This document shows positions 18,173-31,946 of a stretch of 64,000 bases of DNA, piece by piece (the stretch's first letter is position 1; every line of letters begins with the position of its first letter). A program made the translations under genes and the position numbers. The stretch is from Camelus ferus (taxonomy: Eukaryota): the NCBI RefSeq assembly GCF_009834535.1, contig NC_045696.1:69070001-69134000 (forward strand), in the 5' to 3' direction. The notes below the pieces were generated by a model. The model did not search any database. It saw only the letters and a list, made by a program, of their open reading frames with translations, and was not told where the DNA came from.

Positions 18173-21100
18173 GGCTCGCGGCCGGAACCCGTTTTCTGCG
18201 GAGGAATTTCCCCGTCGGTCTTTGGCCTGCCACAAAATTGTGATCCTGGGGTCCTTATCTCAGAAAATATCCTAAGCAAAGCGGCGGGAAAACCCAAGTT
18301 TGGTTACCTGTCGATATCACAGGCTGCCTGTACATCCCAGAACCCTGGGGGAAGGTTGGAACTCTTTGCTCTGCCGCGGAAGAATATTGCAGCAAGAAGT
18401 AGGCAGACTGCGTTCCCCGCCCGCCCTGCTCCTACGGGGTTTCCACGTCCCTGAAGCAGAGGCGGCCGGGGCGCCGGGCCGGACCGGGAGGCGGAAGGCT
18501 GGGGCGCGCCGGGAGCTGGGCCGCCCCGGCTTCCCTGCGGGCAAGTGTGCCGAGCTCGCCGTGACCCCGGGTGCTCGGTGCCGGAGGGGCTGGCACGTCC
18601 ACGCTCTGCCCTGGAGGGGAATCGTGTTATTCCGCCTGTTCCCACGCTACTTAAGGAGAAGGAGCCGCCTGGCCTTTGGCCCGAGCGTTTAACATCCATT
18701 CAGACCTTAAAAGTGTGAAACTCCTGCTTGGGAAAATGTCGGCCACCCAGCACGTCCCAGAAGAGCCGGTTTACCGTACGCTGCGCAGGGCGAGAAGCAA
18801 TGTGTAGTGTCCTTGGCAGATGTCTCCGGAGTAGCCAACTCTATTCTCATGTTGCTTCTGGTCTTCTCTCGCTCTCCTAAAAATAATGCTAATTTTAACG
18901 GGTGTAAGAAATGCCTGATAAAAATCATTAATTTTTGCAAACAGGGGTAGTTTTCCTATTAAGCAGAACTTTAAATGGATGCTTCCGCCGCCTTAGGCTA
19001 GATAGGTTTCGGATCTGGTCATTTTTTTTCCCAAAAGGCTTTTTTTTTGAGTTTTAATTGCTTATACAGAATGAATGTTGATTTATTGAAATTGAGCGGA
19101 ATACAACCCAAGCCTTGCTGCTTAAATAAACTGCATGATTCTTAAAGCTCCAGAGCTTTTCAACAGGAGCCATAACCCAAGCCGTTAATAAAATATGCAT
19201 ATATGTTTAGTCGTTTAACTTTAAAATACAGTTCTGCCCACACTGCAAGATATCACGAATACTCAGGAAAACATTTTCTCGTAGATTCAGACGACCAACC
19301 TAACGCCTGATAGCTGGAAAAAAATGACTCAATTTTCTGTATTTGTATATTGTACTTGATACGATATTTGGTTCTAAATACTACATGTATTTTTTTCCAG
19401 AAAATCATTTACTTATTTGAAAATTGTTGTCATGCTGGGATCTGTGATAAAAACTAAGACCAAGATGACAAAGCGGACTTGGCCCTCAGTCTAGTGATGC
19501 TGCACCTTGTCCAACCCCCCATAGTGTTCAAATCCAGATCTGGGGTGATGCCAGACGTCTTCTGAGAATAGAAGTCAGAGATCCTTATTGTCTCATCCAA
19601 AACCTACTAAGAATCTCCTGGCATCCAAGAAGCTGAAGAAAATACTAATTCAGAAAAAGTGGCCAACAATTTTGTCTCACTTAAGTCTATCGGGTGAAAT
19701 CAATCAACAATTAACGCCTAATTGTAGAATGTTTTCTTTAGGTTTAGGACTACTGTTACCTGGAGGATTTCCAGAGTCTTTTAACAGGAAATAATCAAGG
19801 GCTAAACTCTGGTTTAGGTTACAACTGCTGAAGGGTTTTCAAGGTAAGAAGGCTTCCTAATCCAAAATTGAGCAAAAAATCCAGATCCACATTGCCTGCA
19901 ACTCTAAAATGTATTTCTGATAAATGTTATGCTTACCATATTTGCATGTGCTTACTAAATAGCATTAGTAAGTAAAAAGTGAGATAAAGATCCAAACAAA
20001 ACATACATATTTACAAAGTTTTGCATATCAACACGGAGCATACTCTTTCACTGTTAAGATAAACTTCTACTTACCTGAGACCTAAAATTAGATAGCCATC
20101 TCTAAGTCAAATGCTTCTTTGCTAACCTGGAGCATGTGAGGCCATTTACACTGCAAAGGATACCAGAACTCAGATTCTTCCCTGTGGGAGCCACCTAATT
20201 TAGTTTTGCTCATCAAGAACCTCAGCTGACAATTGTAAACCCACCTAGCAGTTGTAGGCCAATGTTCACCAGAGGAATCAAGGAATTCCTATGGATTTGT
20301 CAGCATGACATGGAAAAACAATAACAAAACCTTAAAAGAGTATCGTTTATGTTTGTAGTGATGTCTTCCTATAGAAAATATTCTCATCACTCAGGGAGCA
20401 TTGTGTGCCATGTTGCTGATCTTAACATTATTTTAAGGCCATCAATTGGTTTTAAGTGATAGCTACCCATTTAAAGCTGTGTCTTGGTAAGTCATTGATA
20501 GGCAAAAGTTGGTTAAGGTATGTTTTTGGAATTTGAATTCATTTATTACTTATTAATGTCATTTATTATTTAGTAAACACACAGGGATATGCTGTCCCTC
20601 CATCTGTAATTTAAGACTTTTTAAAAAAAATTGCCTTGAGCTGGATGAGAACAATAGTGATCACTTCTTCATTATTCAGTTGCTGGAAGAAATTAGAGGT
20701 TAGATTCTGCGCAATGTAGGCAGTGTCCACTGAAGCAATTTGGAGGGTGGCACTCACTGCCAAATTCTTCACAATAATTTTAAAAACCATTTGCATGAAG
20801 ATAGGTAAAGATATTAATAGAGTTAAAAAAATGGGAAAAGTTGAGGAGGACCATGGAAGGGGGCTGTTGAACTGTATCAGGACTGTTTTATATTCATTAA
20901 TCCAAGGTTATTAAACTCTATTGTATTATCAAGATATGGAGGTTTTTCTAGCTCTACTCATATAAGGACTGAAATAAAAATACAACTAAAACCATGGTAT
21001 GTGTACAAATCAATGGGAAGACCTCCTGGAAATGCAGATGCATGTGGACTCCACCCTCCCAACCCAGATCCAGTAGATTGGTCTGAGGTAGGGTCAGCTT

Positions 21101-22313
21101 TTTATTTTGGAAAATTCTTAACCTAAAGACAAGTTGCAAGAAAAAGCAACGAACACCAAATGTGTGTCACACTTAACAGTTGTTAACAGTTCCCTACATT
21201 TGTTCTCTCTTATATTTATCTGAGTTTTTTTCTGAACTTTCTGAAAGTCACAAACTTAGTTAGTAGTGACACTTCACTCTTAAAGCTTCAGCACTACGTC
21301 TTAAAAAACAAAGATGTTATCCTTCCGTAAAACCACAAAAATACCTTATATTCCCAAATTTACTATAGATAGAATAATAACTACAAAATGAACTATATTC
21401 AACGTTTCTCAAACGTCCCAATAATTTACTTTGTGACCTTAAAAAAAATCTAAGATTTAATCAATGATCACACGTTATATTTAGTGATTTATTTAATCTC
21501 TTTTAATCTAGAACAGTATTCTTCTTTGGGGAAAGAGATTTTCTCATCAGAAATTCTATTACATCTACATGTGTATAAAATTTGTGTGTAGGTGGGTGTG
21601 TGTGCACACACATGTGCTTGCGTGTCTTATGACCTCATTAATCTTGTTTGGCTGTTTTTCCTGTCTTTTATAACAATAGTGTTTTTGAAGATTCCAGACC
21701 TCTTTGGTTTTGTTTCTCTGTTTTAGAATGTCTCACACTTTGAATTTGTCTGATTGTTCCCTCACTGTTAGATTCAAATTCAACATTTTTGGCCAGAATA
21801 TTACATGTAGGTGGTGAAGCATCCTCCCCAGTCCCTCAGGTCAGGAGGCACATGGCATTCCATTGCCCGTGACCCCCGTATGATTTTGATTCAGGTTAGT
21901 CTCCAAACAATACTTTGACAAAAACCTGCTTTTAAAACCTTTTGAAATTTTGTGTTTTATTTGAAGTCATGAAACTGTCAGAGTTCTGTATTGTCAGCTC
22001 TAATCCTTTCTTTGAACTGCTAAAACCTTCAACAACAAACAAATAACTACTATGGTATGTAGCACGGGTGCTGGGTCCTTGCAGCTATCAAGGAAATGAA
22101 AAAGGCACAATTCTCACTTTGGATCCCACTGAGAAAGTAAAATAAGCACAAACAAACAACTTAAGAGAACAATTCTCAATTGGGAGATCAAAAATAGAAG
22201 ATTTGATACTACTCTATGGGAAGACACATACCCTTCTGATGGTGGGAGTTGAAATTACTGTAACATTCTTGAGGATATTTTAGCAATATGAAGAATTAAA
22301 ATGCACGTCCTTT

Positions 22314-22971
22314 TGTTGCCGATAGAGGCAACCAGTGTTCCATGTTCTTGTCCCGTCCCAGAAAGAATTCAGAGACAAGATGTAGTGGTTAAAAAAAGTA
22401 AAGTGAGGATTTATTAAAGGATGGATAGTACCCTCTCAAAGGGAAAGCGGGCAGGCTCAGTGAGTGGCTGCCCTAAGTTTCTTTGGCAAGTTAGCTACAT
22501 AAGGTGTAAAAATGAATGGGCGGAATATTCATTGGGGAGGGAAGGGTTTGGGGTTGTATTCCCTGATTATCATCCCAACTCCACCTTCCCAAAGGGAGGA
22601 GGGATTTTTGTCCTTACTTAGTCTGGATCGGAAGTGTCATGGCGTTGGTGCATAATGGGTACTTCTGATCTGCAAGGTTAATTTTATTGAAATGAGGGCA
22701 TAATGAGCAAAAGGTTACATTCAGACACTGAAAATTCCTGCCTTTTCTCACCTTTCTTTGTTCTTCTCCAGGCCACTTGTCACCCCAAAAAGCATGATCC
22801 CTTATCAACCCAAAGGTTCCTGCTTTTCTTTCTTTGCCCAGGGACCCCTGCTGCTTACATGATGTGTGGTTTCCTGCATTTGGCTTGTGCCCCTCCTTTC
22901 TGCCCAATTCCTGCCATTTGGTCTGTGTCCCCCTTTCTCTGCTCATATCTAGCTACCTGCCTGCTCTAACA
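22314..22971 (-). mobile_element. ERV1-class solo LTR inserted in an old L1
   Basis: TGTTG...TAACA ends, 4-bp TSD cttt, AATAAA on - at 22410-22415; splits the L1 motif cctttgacccaacaattcc. Confidence 0.85.
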
Positions 22972-23849
22972 CTTTGACCCAACAATTCCAGTTAGGAATT
23001 TTACCCTGTGCGTATAATAGCCCAAGAACCCAGAACAATACCCGCCTCATCCACCTCTCTTCCTCTTCCCCACCCCCACCCGCCTCAATGAACATTCCTT
23101 TTCTCATTATTTTAATAGGCAACCTAAATGTCTATCAAAAGGAGATTGGTTAATGAATTGTATGCCATGTGTATTACTTAGCTATTTAAAATAATAAGGT
23201 CCACTTCCACTTCTGGGACAATAAAATAGACACACTTTTCCCTATTTCTCCTGCTAAGTACAACTAAAAACACTGCACAACTGCACATTACATTTAAAGC
23301 AAACACAAGAACACTGAGAGGTGAGAAAAGAAGACAGTCTGACTAGGAAACTCGAGACAGACATGGTGGCGAGTTTCCTCAGTTTTCCTCCTACATCATA
23401 TATCCCCGATTGGAACTGAAGAAGTCAGCAAACCAAATAGGCACAGACCAAGAAAAGGTCCAACAAAAGTCTGCTCTCTCTACCCAGAGGCCCAAGAAAA
23501 GAGGCATCCTAGGAAGAAAGAAAACCTTTTGACAACAATCACTCTATTCCAGCCAAACACCACAGAAGAAACTGTGGTCCTACCCACAGCCACGCCAGCA
23601 AAGGCCAAACAGGGAGCCTGTAATTCCCACCCCCAAACCCTGCAAGGCTGTGATGGGGTGCCCTGACATCCCCACCATGACTTCTATGTGGTCACAGGAG
23701 ACCACGGGGGAGCCTTGACAGCCATACCCACCAGGCAGTAACCAAAGCAGGCTTCGCTCTCCCACTGGGGTGGTGTCAGAGGAGGCTGAATGGCAATTAA
23801 AGACATTGGGACTTTCTCCATCACACCATGGCAATGGGACCACCTTTAT

Positions 23850-24100
23850 AATAGGACTAGTGTCCCTATAAGAAAAGGAGGAGACCCAGGGGTGTGAAAA
23901 GCACAGAGGAAAGGCCATGTGAGGACACAGTAAGAAAGCATTTGTCTGCAAGCCAAAGAGATAGGTCTCAGGAGAAACCAAACCTATAGACACCTTGACT
24001 TTGGACTTCCAGCCTCTTGAACTTCGAGAATATAAATTTCTGTTGTGTCAGCCACCCAGTCTGTGGTATTTTATCAAGGCAGCTCTAGCCAACTAATGGA
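23850..24100. mobile_element. MaLR LTR fragment (MLT1-type)
   Basis: ggccatgtgaggacacag...caccttgactttggacttccagcct...ataaatttctgttg. Confidence 0.8.
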
Positions 24101-24251
24101 TGTCATTCTTCAGGTTCATGCAAATCTAACCATGTCTCCCTTAATATAAAAGATGTGTTAGAGCAGTGACTATTTTTTCATTACAGGGATGTCTCCTCTA
24201 TCAAATGACTAATAATAGGTTTACTTAAAAATGATTTCTTATGTGATTTAA

Positions 24252-24422
24252 AAATATTTTAAAATTTATTTAATTAATTAATTTATTTAAAAGTTTGGGT
24301 TTTGGGGGGGTAATTAGGTTTATGTATTTAGTATTTTTTTTAATTTAGCAAGGTACTGGGATCGATCCCATGACCTCATGCATGCTAAGCATGCGCTCTA
24401 CCCACTGAGCTATACCCTCCCC
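24252..24422 (-). mobile_element. tRNA-derived SINE (camelid Vic-1-like)
   Basis: GGGGAGGGTATAGCTCAGTGG A box, B-box remnant and AT-rich tail; TSD tcttatgtgatttaa at 24237-24251 and 24423-24437. Confidence 0.9.
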
Positions 24423-24744
24423 TCTTATGTGATTTAACTTGTAAATATTATGTCACTTTCTCCATCCCTTTTATCTCTTAAAATTTATGTGTCCTCTTAG
24501 GATTAGCTCAAAAACCTCCTATTCCACTATGTTCTTCCTAATTACCCTTAAAATGAAGAGATTTCTTTCCCTGGACTCCCATTGCCATTCTCTTGTTTCT
24601 CTCTTATGTGCTATTCGTCATGTCCTAGGTTATAGTTTAGTATAAGTGTTTCATCTCTTCTAAACTGTAAGGATCTTGAGAGGAGGGGTTCTGTTTTCTC
24701 GACCTTTGTGTCTCTCACCACATGAAGCCCAATGCTTTGATGCT

Positions 24745-25212
24745 TGTATTACATTCTATTGCTGCTGTAAGTAGTTACCACAAACTTAATGACTTAAAAC
24801 AATACAGATGTATTATGTTACAGTTCTAGAGCTCAGAAATCTGCAATGGTCTTACAGGGCTAACATCAAGTGGTCAGCAGAGCTGTGTTCCTTCTGGAGG
24901 CTCCAGGGAAGAATCTGTTCCTTGCCTTTTTCAGATTCTAGGGACTGCCCACTGTCCTTGGCTCCTGGCCACATCACTCTTCTTCCATTATTGTCACATC
25001 TCCTTCTCTGACTCTGACCCTCCTCCCTCCCTCTTATAAGGACTTGTGGTTACACTGGGCCCACCTAGATAATCCAGAATAATTTCTCCACCTGGAGATC
25101 TTTAACTTAATCACAACTGGAAAATCTCTTTTTCGTGTATGATAACACAGTCACAGGTTTGGGGGATTAGGAAGGTAGACTTCCTTGGGGAGACAATACT
25201 CTGCCTGCCACA
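24745..25212. mobile_element. MaLR solo LTR (MLT1C-like)
   Basis: tgtatt...gctgctgtaa...ccttctggaggctccagggaagaatc...ctgccaca. Confidence 0.85.
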
Positions 25213-25654
25213 GCGACCAACTTTGTTGAATAGCGTATAAAGTAAGAACCAAGAGCAGATAGTAGAGACATTATTAGAATAGAGCTGATCCAGAAACACT
25301 TCTAAGAAGTTGTGAATTTTAATCCAAAAACGGCAAAATGATTTTCTTGCTTCTTTTATTCTTAGGTCAAACAAGCTGATGTAGAAAAGATTGTTTTTCA
25401 TTGCTGGCTGTAATTTTTTACACATAGAATAAGCCCTTAAATATTTTTGAACGAATGAGTGAATATGTGGAAAAAATAAATAGTAGAACTATGAAGATGA
25501 GCGGATACTATCTAAGTCCTTCCAGTGATTTGTAATGTTGATATGCTGTTTTAATTTCTTTTGAAGAGTAAAATGACTCCTTGCTATTCATAATAAAAAA
25601 GGACACATCTTGGTGTCCCCTCCCGCTTATGGACATTTTAAAGGACATTTAAGC

Positions 25655-25756
25655 GGGGAGGGTATAGCTCAGTGGTAGAGTTTGTGCTTAGCATGCGTGA
25701 GGTCCTGGCTTCAATCCCCAGTACCTCCATTAACTAACTAACTTAATTAATTAAAA
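25655..25756 (+). mobile_element. tRNA-derived SINE (Vic-1-like)
   Basis: ggggagggtatagctcagtggtagag...ttcaatccccagtacctcc. Confidence 0.9.
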
Positions 25757-27526
25757 TTTCTTCGAACCCTATCACATTAAGGAACTACGCTCAGTGTGGC
25801 AGAACATTTCTTCCTGTTCACTGACCTATCAGTTGCTTTGGTATTATTACTTCTATTGATGTTGTTTGTATGGTAAATTGGCTGAAATTTGAAGCGGGGC
25901 CTGGAGCATGGGCTAGGTGGTGGGGGGTCCTTAGAACCACTCCTTGCATCTGAAGCTGGAGTGCAGTCGATGTAGAAGTGGAGCAGGAGTTTACAGACCT
26001 CATTTCCTTGGAATGAATCCAGCCGTTCTTCAACTAGTCAGGCTGCATGATTTTTGCTATACTTGAGTACCATCTGAATGGTTTCCCTCATTTTTTATAA
26101 GTCAATTTGCATTTATGTCGCTTGAGTGAAATCACAAATTTAATTTGTTAATCCTGATTTAAGTAATTACCTAACTCTCCAAATAAATACTGTGTGTCAA
26201 TATGCTTCATCCAAACTTTTCTGACCATTTGGGATACACTATTTCAGAGAGATGGTAGACTTGCAAAATCTGTCGTATTAGCCAGACCATGACAGAGGCA
26301 AATTAGATCTTGGTTTCCAGCTCTGAATTCTGAGTGACAGGCCAGCTAAATTCTGACCAGCTGGATAAATATTAATCATCAGTTGCTTCTGATGAAAAAA
26401 AAATTTAATTATATTAATAGGATGTCAACAACAACAAAAGACTCTCTGCCATCTTCCTGACTCCCATCCAAAGGCTGAGGCGGTACATGACCAGCTGGTG
26501 CTCCCTGAGACTGTCTGTTTGGGGGGGCCTTCTCTGAAGCGAGAAGACGGTCAAGGCACATTGCCCCTTTGCTTACCAGAGGCTTTTATTTTTATTGCCC
26601 TTTAAAATCCTTTTGAAAAGTAACTTTAAAATTTTATACTTACACTTGATCGAAATAAAATAAATTACATAGGCTATAATGCCATTTAATAAGCTTCAGA
26701 GAGGCAAGAAATCTATTATGTCAAGTACCTGAAATTTTCAGAGTATTAGGCTGATTGTTATCTTCCGCAGTAAGTTAAGAAGTCAAGGATCAAGAATGTG
26801 TACAATCTGGTGATGACGGGAATAAGCAGACCAGGCCAGTGGAGGAAACGTCTTATTTAATTGTAATTTATGAGGCTCTGTCTCTAGTGATATTCAATAA
26901 GAAACGACACATTTTTTTCCTGAGATGGCCACTGCCACTTCCCTGTTTTCCTGAGCTGATCATTCATATTTAAACTCCCTTCTACTGCAAAGCAAATATA
27001 ACTTTGCAGCATTTCTTTAACCTACAGAATAAATTTGCAGTAGAAAATGGAATTTGTTCACTTAAATTACAGTTGAACTTTAACAGCCTTGATTTAAAAT
27101 GACCTATCTTTCTCTATAACCTGACGTCTCCACTGTTAGTCAGTGAAGAAACCTGAGACCATGTGTCTAGCTGTCTTTTTTGCTGACTGTATAACTGTTT
27201 TGGTTTTTTTTTTTTTTTTTTTTGAACAAAACACGCATCAGAACCTGGTTCCTGGACGAGATGATGCTGTGGTAAACTCGGTCGGCAAGCTCTCTCCAGA
27301 AGGCAAGGAGATGTTCGGGACTGAACTCCCCGATGTACCAAAGAGAGGAAAGGCAGAGGATCCTTGTGACCTTCAGTGGGAAGCTTCCCGTTTTTCCTGC
27401 TCTCTCTAATTTAGGAATAGCTGCTGAATCTGTTAGACTCACTGCAGTAGACAATGAAAGGAATATTTATTTAGTGAACTAAAGGAGGTTCTGAGGATAA
27501 AAAGCAGAGTCAGGGAGTGCATTTCT

Positions 27527-27659
27527 TTTATTTTGGGGGTGGGGGGCGGTAATTAGGTTTATTTATTTATTTATTTTTAATGGAGGTACTGGGGATTGAA
27601 CCCAGGACCTCATGCATGCTAAGTGTGCTCTACCACTTGAGCTATACCCTCCCCCCACC
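27527..27659 (-). mobile_element. tRNA-derived SINE (Vic-1-like)
   Basis: Full head and tail; 16-bp TSD cagggagtgcatttct at 27511-27526 and 27660-27675. Confidence 0.92.
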
Positions 27660-28590
27660 CAGGGAGTGCATTTCTATGTGAATTTAGATTAATCAGCTCA
27701 AAGGCTATCTTATAAGATAGACATACTTGTGGAATCACTGAAGGGATAGACTCTCAACAGAGTACAGACGGAGGCACAAGAACTACATTTTCCTTTGGGG
27801 CACCTATTTTCCAATGTGGGTTGCCTTTCTTCTTTGCAGCCACCTTGGTTCCTGGAGATAAGAAAAACTGTGGAGGGATTGGATTGCACAGAGATTACAT
27901 GATTTATTTCAGAAGGCTTGCATTTGAATGCATTCCTTGAGAGAACTGAGATAGGAATTCCCCCGGGGAGTCCCTTAGGCTAACTAGTGTGAATTGAGGT
28001 TTCAAAGCTTCCCAGGCAACTCTGCATAGTTTGGGGATCTGGGTGGATTTCACAGGCTCCTAAGGGCATCAGTGGTCCCACCTTTGCTCTGCCCTGCCCA
28101 CCTCTTTCAAATGGGAACCTTTGTTCTTCTATATTAAAGTCCTGATTTTTGGTTAAAGTTAGAAGATTGATATTTAACCTCCATCCTCTTTTGAAAGCTC
28201 ACTAAAATAATAGTAAAAAGTCTTGCTGAGAAGACTTAAACACTCAAAAAAATTGGAAAAGAGACAACAGCCCACAAAGCTTCTTAAATTGGAAAGCAAA
28301 TGGGAAAATGATGAGAAAATTCACAGATGGGAGAAAGCCGAGTCCAAAACTCAGAGTTAGGAAGGCTGATAAGCAAACTCACTTACAGCGTAGAACAACC
28401 AGAAGACTCAGGAATAGGGAGCACCATGTTCCTTGGGACGTGGGGATGTGAGCCTAAAGCAAAACGTGAACACTGTTTGGAAATCTGTTGAAAAAGCAGT
28501 TAGCAGCTGCCAGAGCAGAGGAGCAAACACATCTCTGTGCTCGGGCCCCTCCAGACCCTGCTGAGTTCCAGCAGGCAGAGTTAGTGCCAG

Positions 28591-28730
28591 TGTTCCCAAA
28601 ACCAGGGTCAGGTGCCTTACACACAGTGAGGCCAGACAAACTGAAACGTTGAAGTTTGGAGCAGAGAAAGGTTTATTGCACGACCAAGCAAGAAGTATAG
28701 GCCGTGGCTCATGCTCAGAAGACCGAAACA
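28591..28730 (-). mobile_element. ERV1 LTR 3' fragment, same family as 58754-59219
   Basis: Its reverse complement aligns by eye with 59080-59219 (aataaacctttctctgctccaaact...tttcagtttgtctggcctca). Confidence 0.75.
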
Positions 28731-29959
28731 CTAGCTCTTTGCCGGCCTTGGTTAGAACCCTGTGGCTACAGAGAAAACTCAGGAATAAAAATTGAGAAAG
28801 AGACACTTCAGGCTGAAATTACTAGCAATCCCCCCAGGAAGGAAAGGAGGGAAAATAAACACACGGATCAGAAAAGCCAACAGGCCAGTTAAGTAAACCT
28901 TAGAGTGACCAGGAGATCCAGAGTTTCCTACAAGAATGGGGACTCCTTGCATGTAAAGTGGTGAGAAGAGTCACGTGTAGCCAAAAGTAATTGCACAGGG
29001 ACATAAAGAAGAGTGGCAACAGTATCTCCAGATGCTCATAAATGTGCAGGATTCACACACTACTATTCATGAGGACCACCCCAGATCCAGGAGCGAGCCC
29101 TGGCCCTGTCCTTATGGAGAGGCCCTTCCACAGGATCCTGGACACAGATGGTGGGACAACGTCTTTGCCGGTCTTCCCCGTACACAGGTGACCAACCCCC
29201 CACCTCCTGAGTACCAGCCACAAGGCTGTGCCAATCATACTCCTTTTGGGGAGCTGCTGTGCTCCCCCGACACATAATCTATATGGAGGAACCTCAGGTA
29301 CCTGGATGTGAGCCCTGGAACATGAATCCTCCAAGGTCAAGTACATTCCTGTTTCCTACCTTTTTCCTAGCAACCCCAGCCTCCAGCTGCAGGCAACATC
29401 CTCTGACTCTGATTCAGATCCTGAACTGAAAGGAAATTAGAACCTGGATCCCAATTCTATCTGAAAGACAATGGGTTAGTACAGTTCTGGACACTTACGA
29501 CTCTTTCCTTTCCCAACCCAGTGTAATGAGGATAAATATGCAATTAAATCAGAAAAAAAGAAAAAAGGAAAAGCAAACTTCAGGAGTTCCTCCCCAATTC
29601 CATGTAGTTAGGCCACTTTCTCTCCTTTACTCTGGCTCGTCTAGAAGTTTACTCTCCAAAGATCATAAAATAGCAGGTCAGGCTCTAGAATGAAGGCCCT
29701 CATGAAGGTATGCTTGAAATTTGGTGGTAAATGTAGAAAACTGTGGTTTTACCATCTCGTTTTACCTGGGGAAGGGCCATGCTCACACTCAAAGGTCTAC
29801 CTGCTACTCTATGAAGAGGGTTTGGCTGCACCATCGCGGCTTACTGTCCTCTTCTATTTGCTGCTATGTCACCAGGCCTGGCCAAGACCTACCATGGACA
29901 CATGCTGGACAACCTATTCTGTTACTGTTGGCACCAAATTGAGGGTTCTGTTAGGGCCA

Positions 29960-30440
29960 TATTAAGTTTGACATCAAGCAGGGGTACTGAATAGGCAGTT
30001 ATATACATGAGTCTGGGGACCCAAGGCATGTGGGTAAGCATACAAGAAGAAATCAGGTCATAAGATCTTAATTTAGGAGTCACTGGCACATGAATGACAT
30101 TTAAAATCACTGGACTGGATAGTATCACCCACGGAGTAAGTGCAGAATTATAAGAGACTGGGTGGCAGACTGAGTCCAGAGGTACTCAACATTTAAAGTT
30201 CATCAAAGGAGAAAGAGTCTATCAAGAAGTCTGAGGAGAGGCCATTGAATTAGGAGAAAAAAGAGGAGAGTGTGACAAACCAAGAGAATAAAGAGTTTCG
30301 AAGAAGGTGTGCTCAACTGTTCAAATGCTAATGAGAGACTGGATATCTGACTACTAAGAATTGATCACCAGGTTTGCAGGATGAATGTTTGTTGGTAAGG
30401 TTGACTGGACCAGTTTCACTGGTGGGGATAAAAGCTGATT
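29960..30440 (-). mobile_element. L2 LINE fragment
   Basis: ataggcagtt...gagtctgg...tttaggagtca...ggactggat motifs typical of L2. Confidence 0.7.
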
Positions 30441-31454
30441 TGATTTGTGTGGATTAAAGAAAAAATGGGGAATTAAGTGCCACGTGTAGAGGACTGATAT
30501 GTCTGAAAATCCACCTGTAATAAAGTCCAGATCTGCTAGATGCATTACAATAAAGTTTATTTTTAAATTCATAGACGAACTTGCAAGGCAAAAGGGATAT
30601 TGCAGATATACAAAATGAAGAAGTGAATATAGGACCAGAAAGCATGTAGGCTGACTCTACGGCTACCTAAGGGTTTAATTTAGGGGCTTCCTTTTTAAAA
30701 CATCAACTTTTTAATGTGGAATAACTTTAGGTTTGCAGAAAAGTTGCAAGATAGTACCCAGAGTTCCTCCGTGTACCCTTCACCCAGTTTCCCCCGTTGT
30801 TAACCTCTTAGACTCTAGCTCCTCACAGAGGTTTGGAGTTTGAATTTATTTTACCAATGAATTCCTCTAAACTCCAAGCCAAGAACATACCAAAAAAATG
30901 TGTCCAAGTTCAGTGAGATCCCAAGACTCTTGGTGAAAGTCAACAGAGGATGGATCTGCCAGGACTCTTCTTCACCCAGGCACAATGATTTCTCTCAGGA
31001 AAAAGCAAACCCTGCTACAGATCATGCTTTGATCGTAATCGAAACATACATGGAAACAACTCACTGTGTTGAAAGTCAGCACTGACAACAAGCAGTAGGA
31101 CTCAAGTGGCCATGAACTTCAGATAACAGAAAGACTAGCTGAAAGAGAACATGAAATAGAGCATCTAAAATGACTCAGACATTGAATAACTGAATCCCGA
31201 AGAAAAAGACAAGGCACTAGAAAAGAACAATCTGGAAGAGGGATGAGTGGGTGGGTGACCAGAGCACATCCTCCTCTCTAGTCTCCCCCCTCCCTCCTCC
31301 CTTGTCCTCTCCTCTTTCTCCTCCCTCTCCTTTTTAACCACCATAAATGTGGGAGAAGAACCAAAAATCCTTTTCTAGCTTAATAAAGAAAGTTCACAAG
31401 TATTTATAACTAAGAATGACAACAAGCAAGAAACTGAACTTTAGATGATAAAGG

Positions 31455-31946
31455 TGATGAGGAATAATCATCAATTTTTCTATGGCAGGACAATCAGACT
31501 AAGACAGAAAGAAAAAAATGATATGCCCCGCTTTGTGATGGGCTGTTCCCAATGATCCACGTGCGTGTGCATTATATGTGAACCAGACCACCTCAAAGCA
31601 GGAGGGTATAATCAGCTTTGAGAAAAATGGTCCCTTTCTTCAGACACCAGCATTGTCATTTTCAGATTAAGATTTATTTTTCATCCCATACAGGGGATCA
31701 CTTTGACCAAAGGCTGGCTCCGGACATGCGTAAGTGATCAAAACATCTCCGATGAACTAGATGCACAAGGCTAACCTGTCAATATAATGCATGTAGTCTT
31801 TGTCTCAAGAATGTATCAAACTGCATCTCTAACTCCTGACCAGTGGAATGGTTCTCAGAACTTCTGAGAATCTGTTTCCTTGGTTTTGTTTGAATAAAGT
31901 TCTCTTTTCCTCCTCAGCTTGATTGTTATCTGATTTTCCATCCACA
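31455..31946 (+). mobile_element. ERV1-class solo LTR
   Basis: TGATGAGG...TCCACA ends, 4-bp TSD aagg at 31451-31454 and 31947-31950, AATAAA near the 3' end. Confidence 0.75.

Noticed and set aside
25655..25730. tRNA-like sequence (and its six relatives) as tRNA genes
   Set aside because: They share a non-tRNA tail, several have TSDs, and the stems are degenerate; they are SINEs.
25818..26060. Possible GPS2-like retrocopy remnant (I recall a GPS2 pseudogene in the human interval)
   Set aside because: Only a few scattered residues resemble it; not supportable without an alignment.
27196..27360. Poly(T) run next to CpG-containing sequence as a retrocopy tail
   Set aside because: No poly(A) signal at the right distance, no TSD and no recognisable parent gene.
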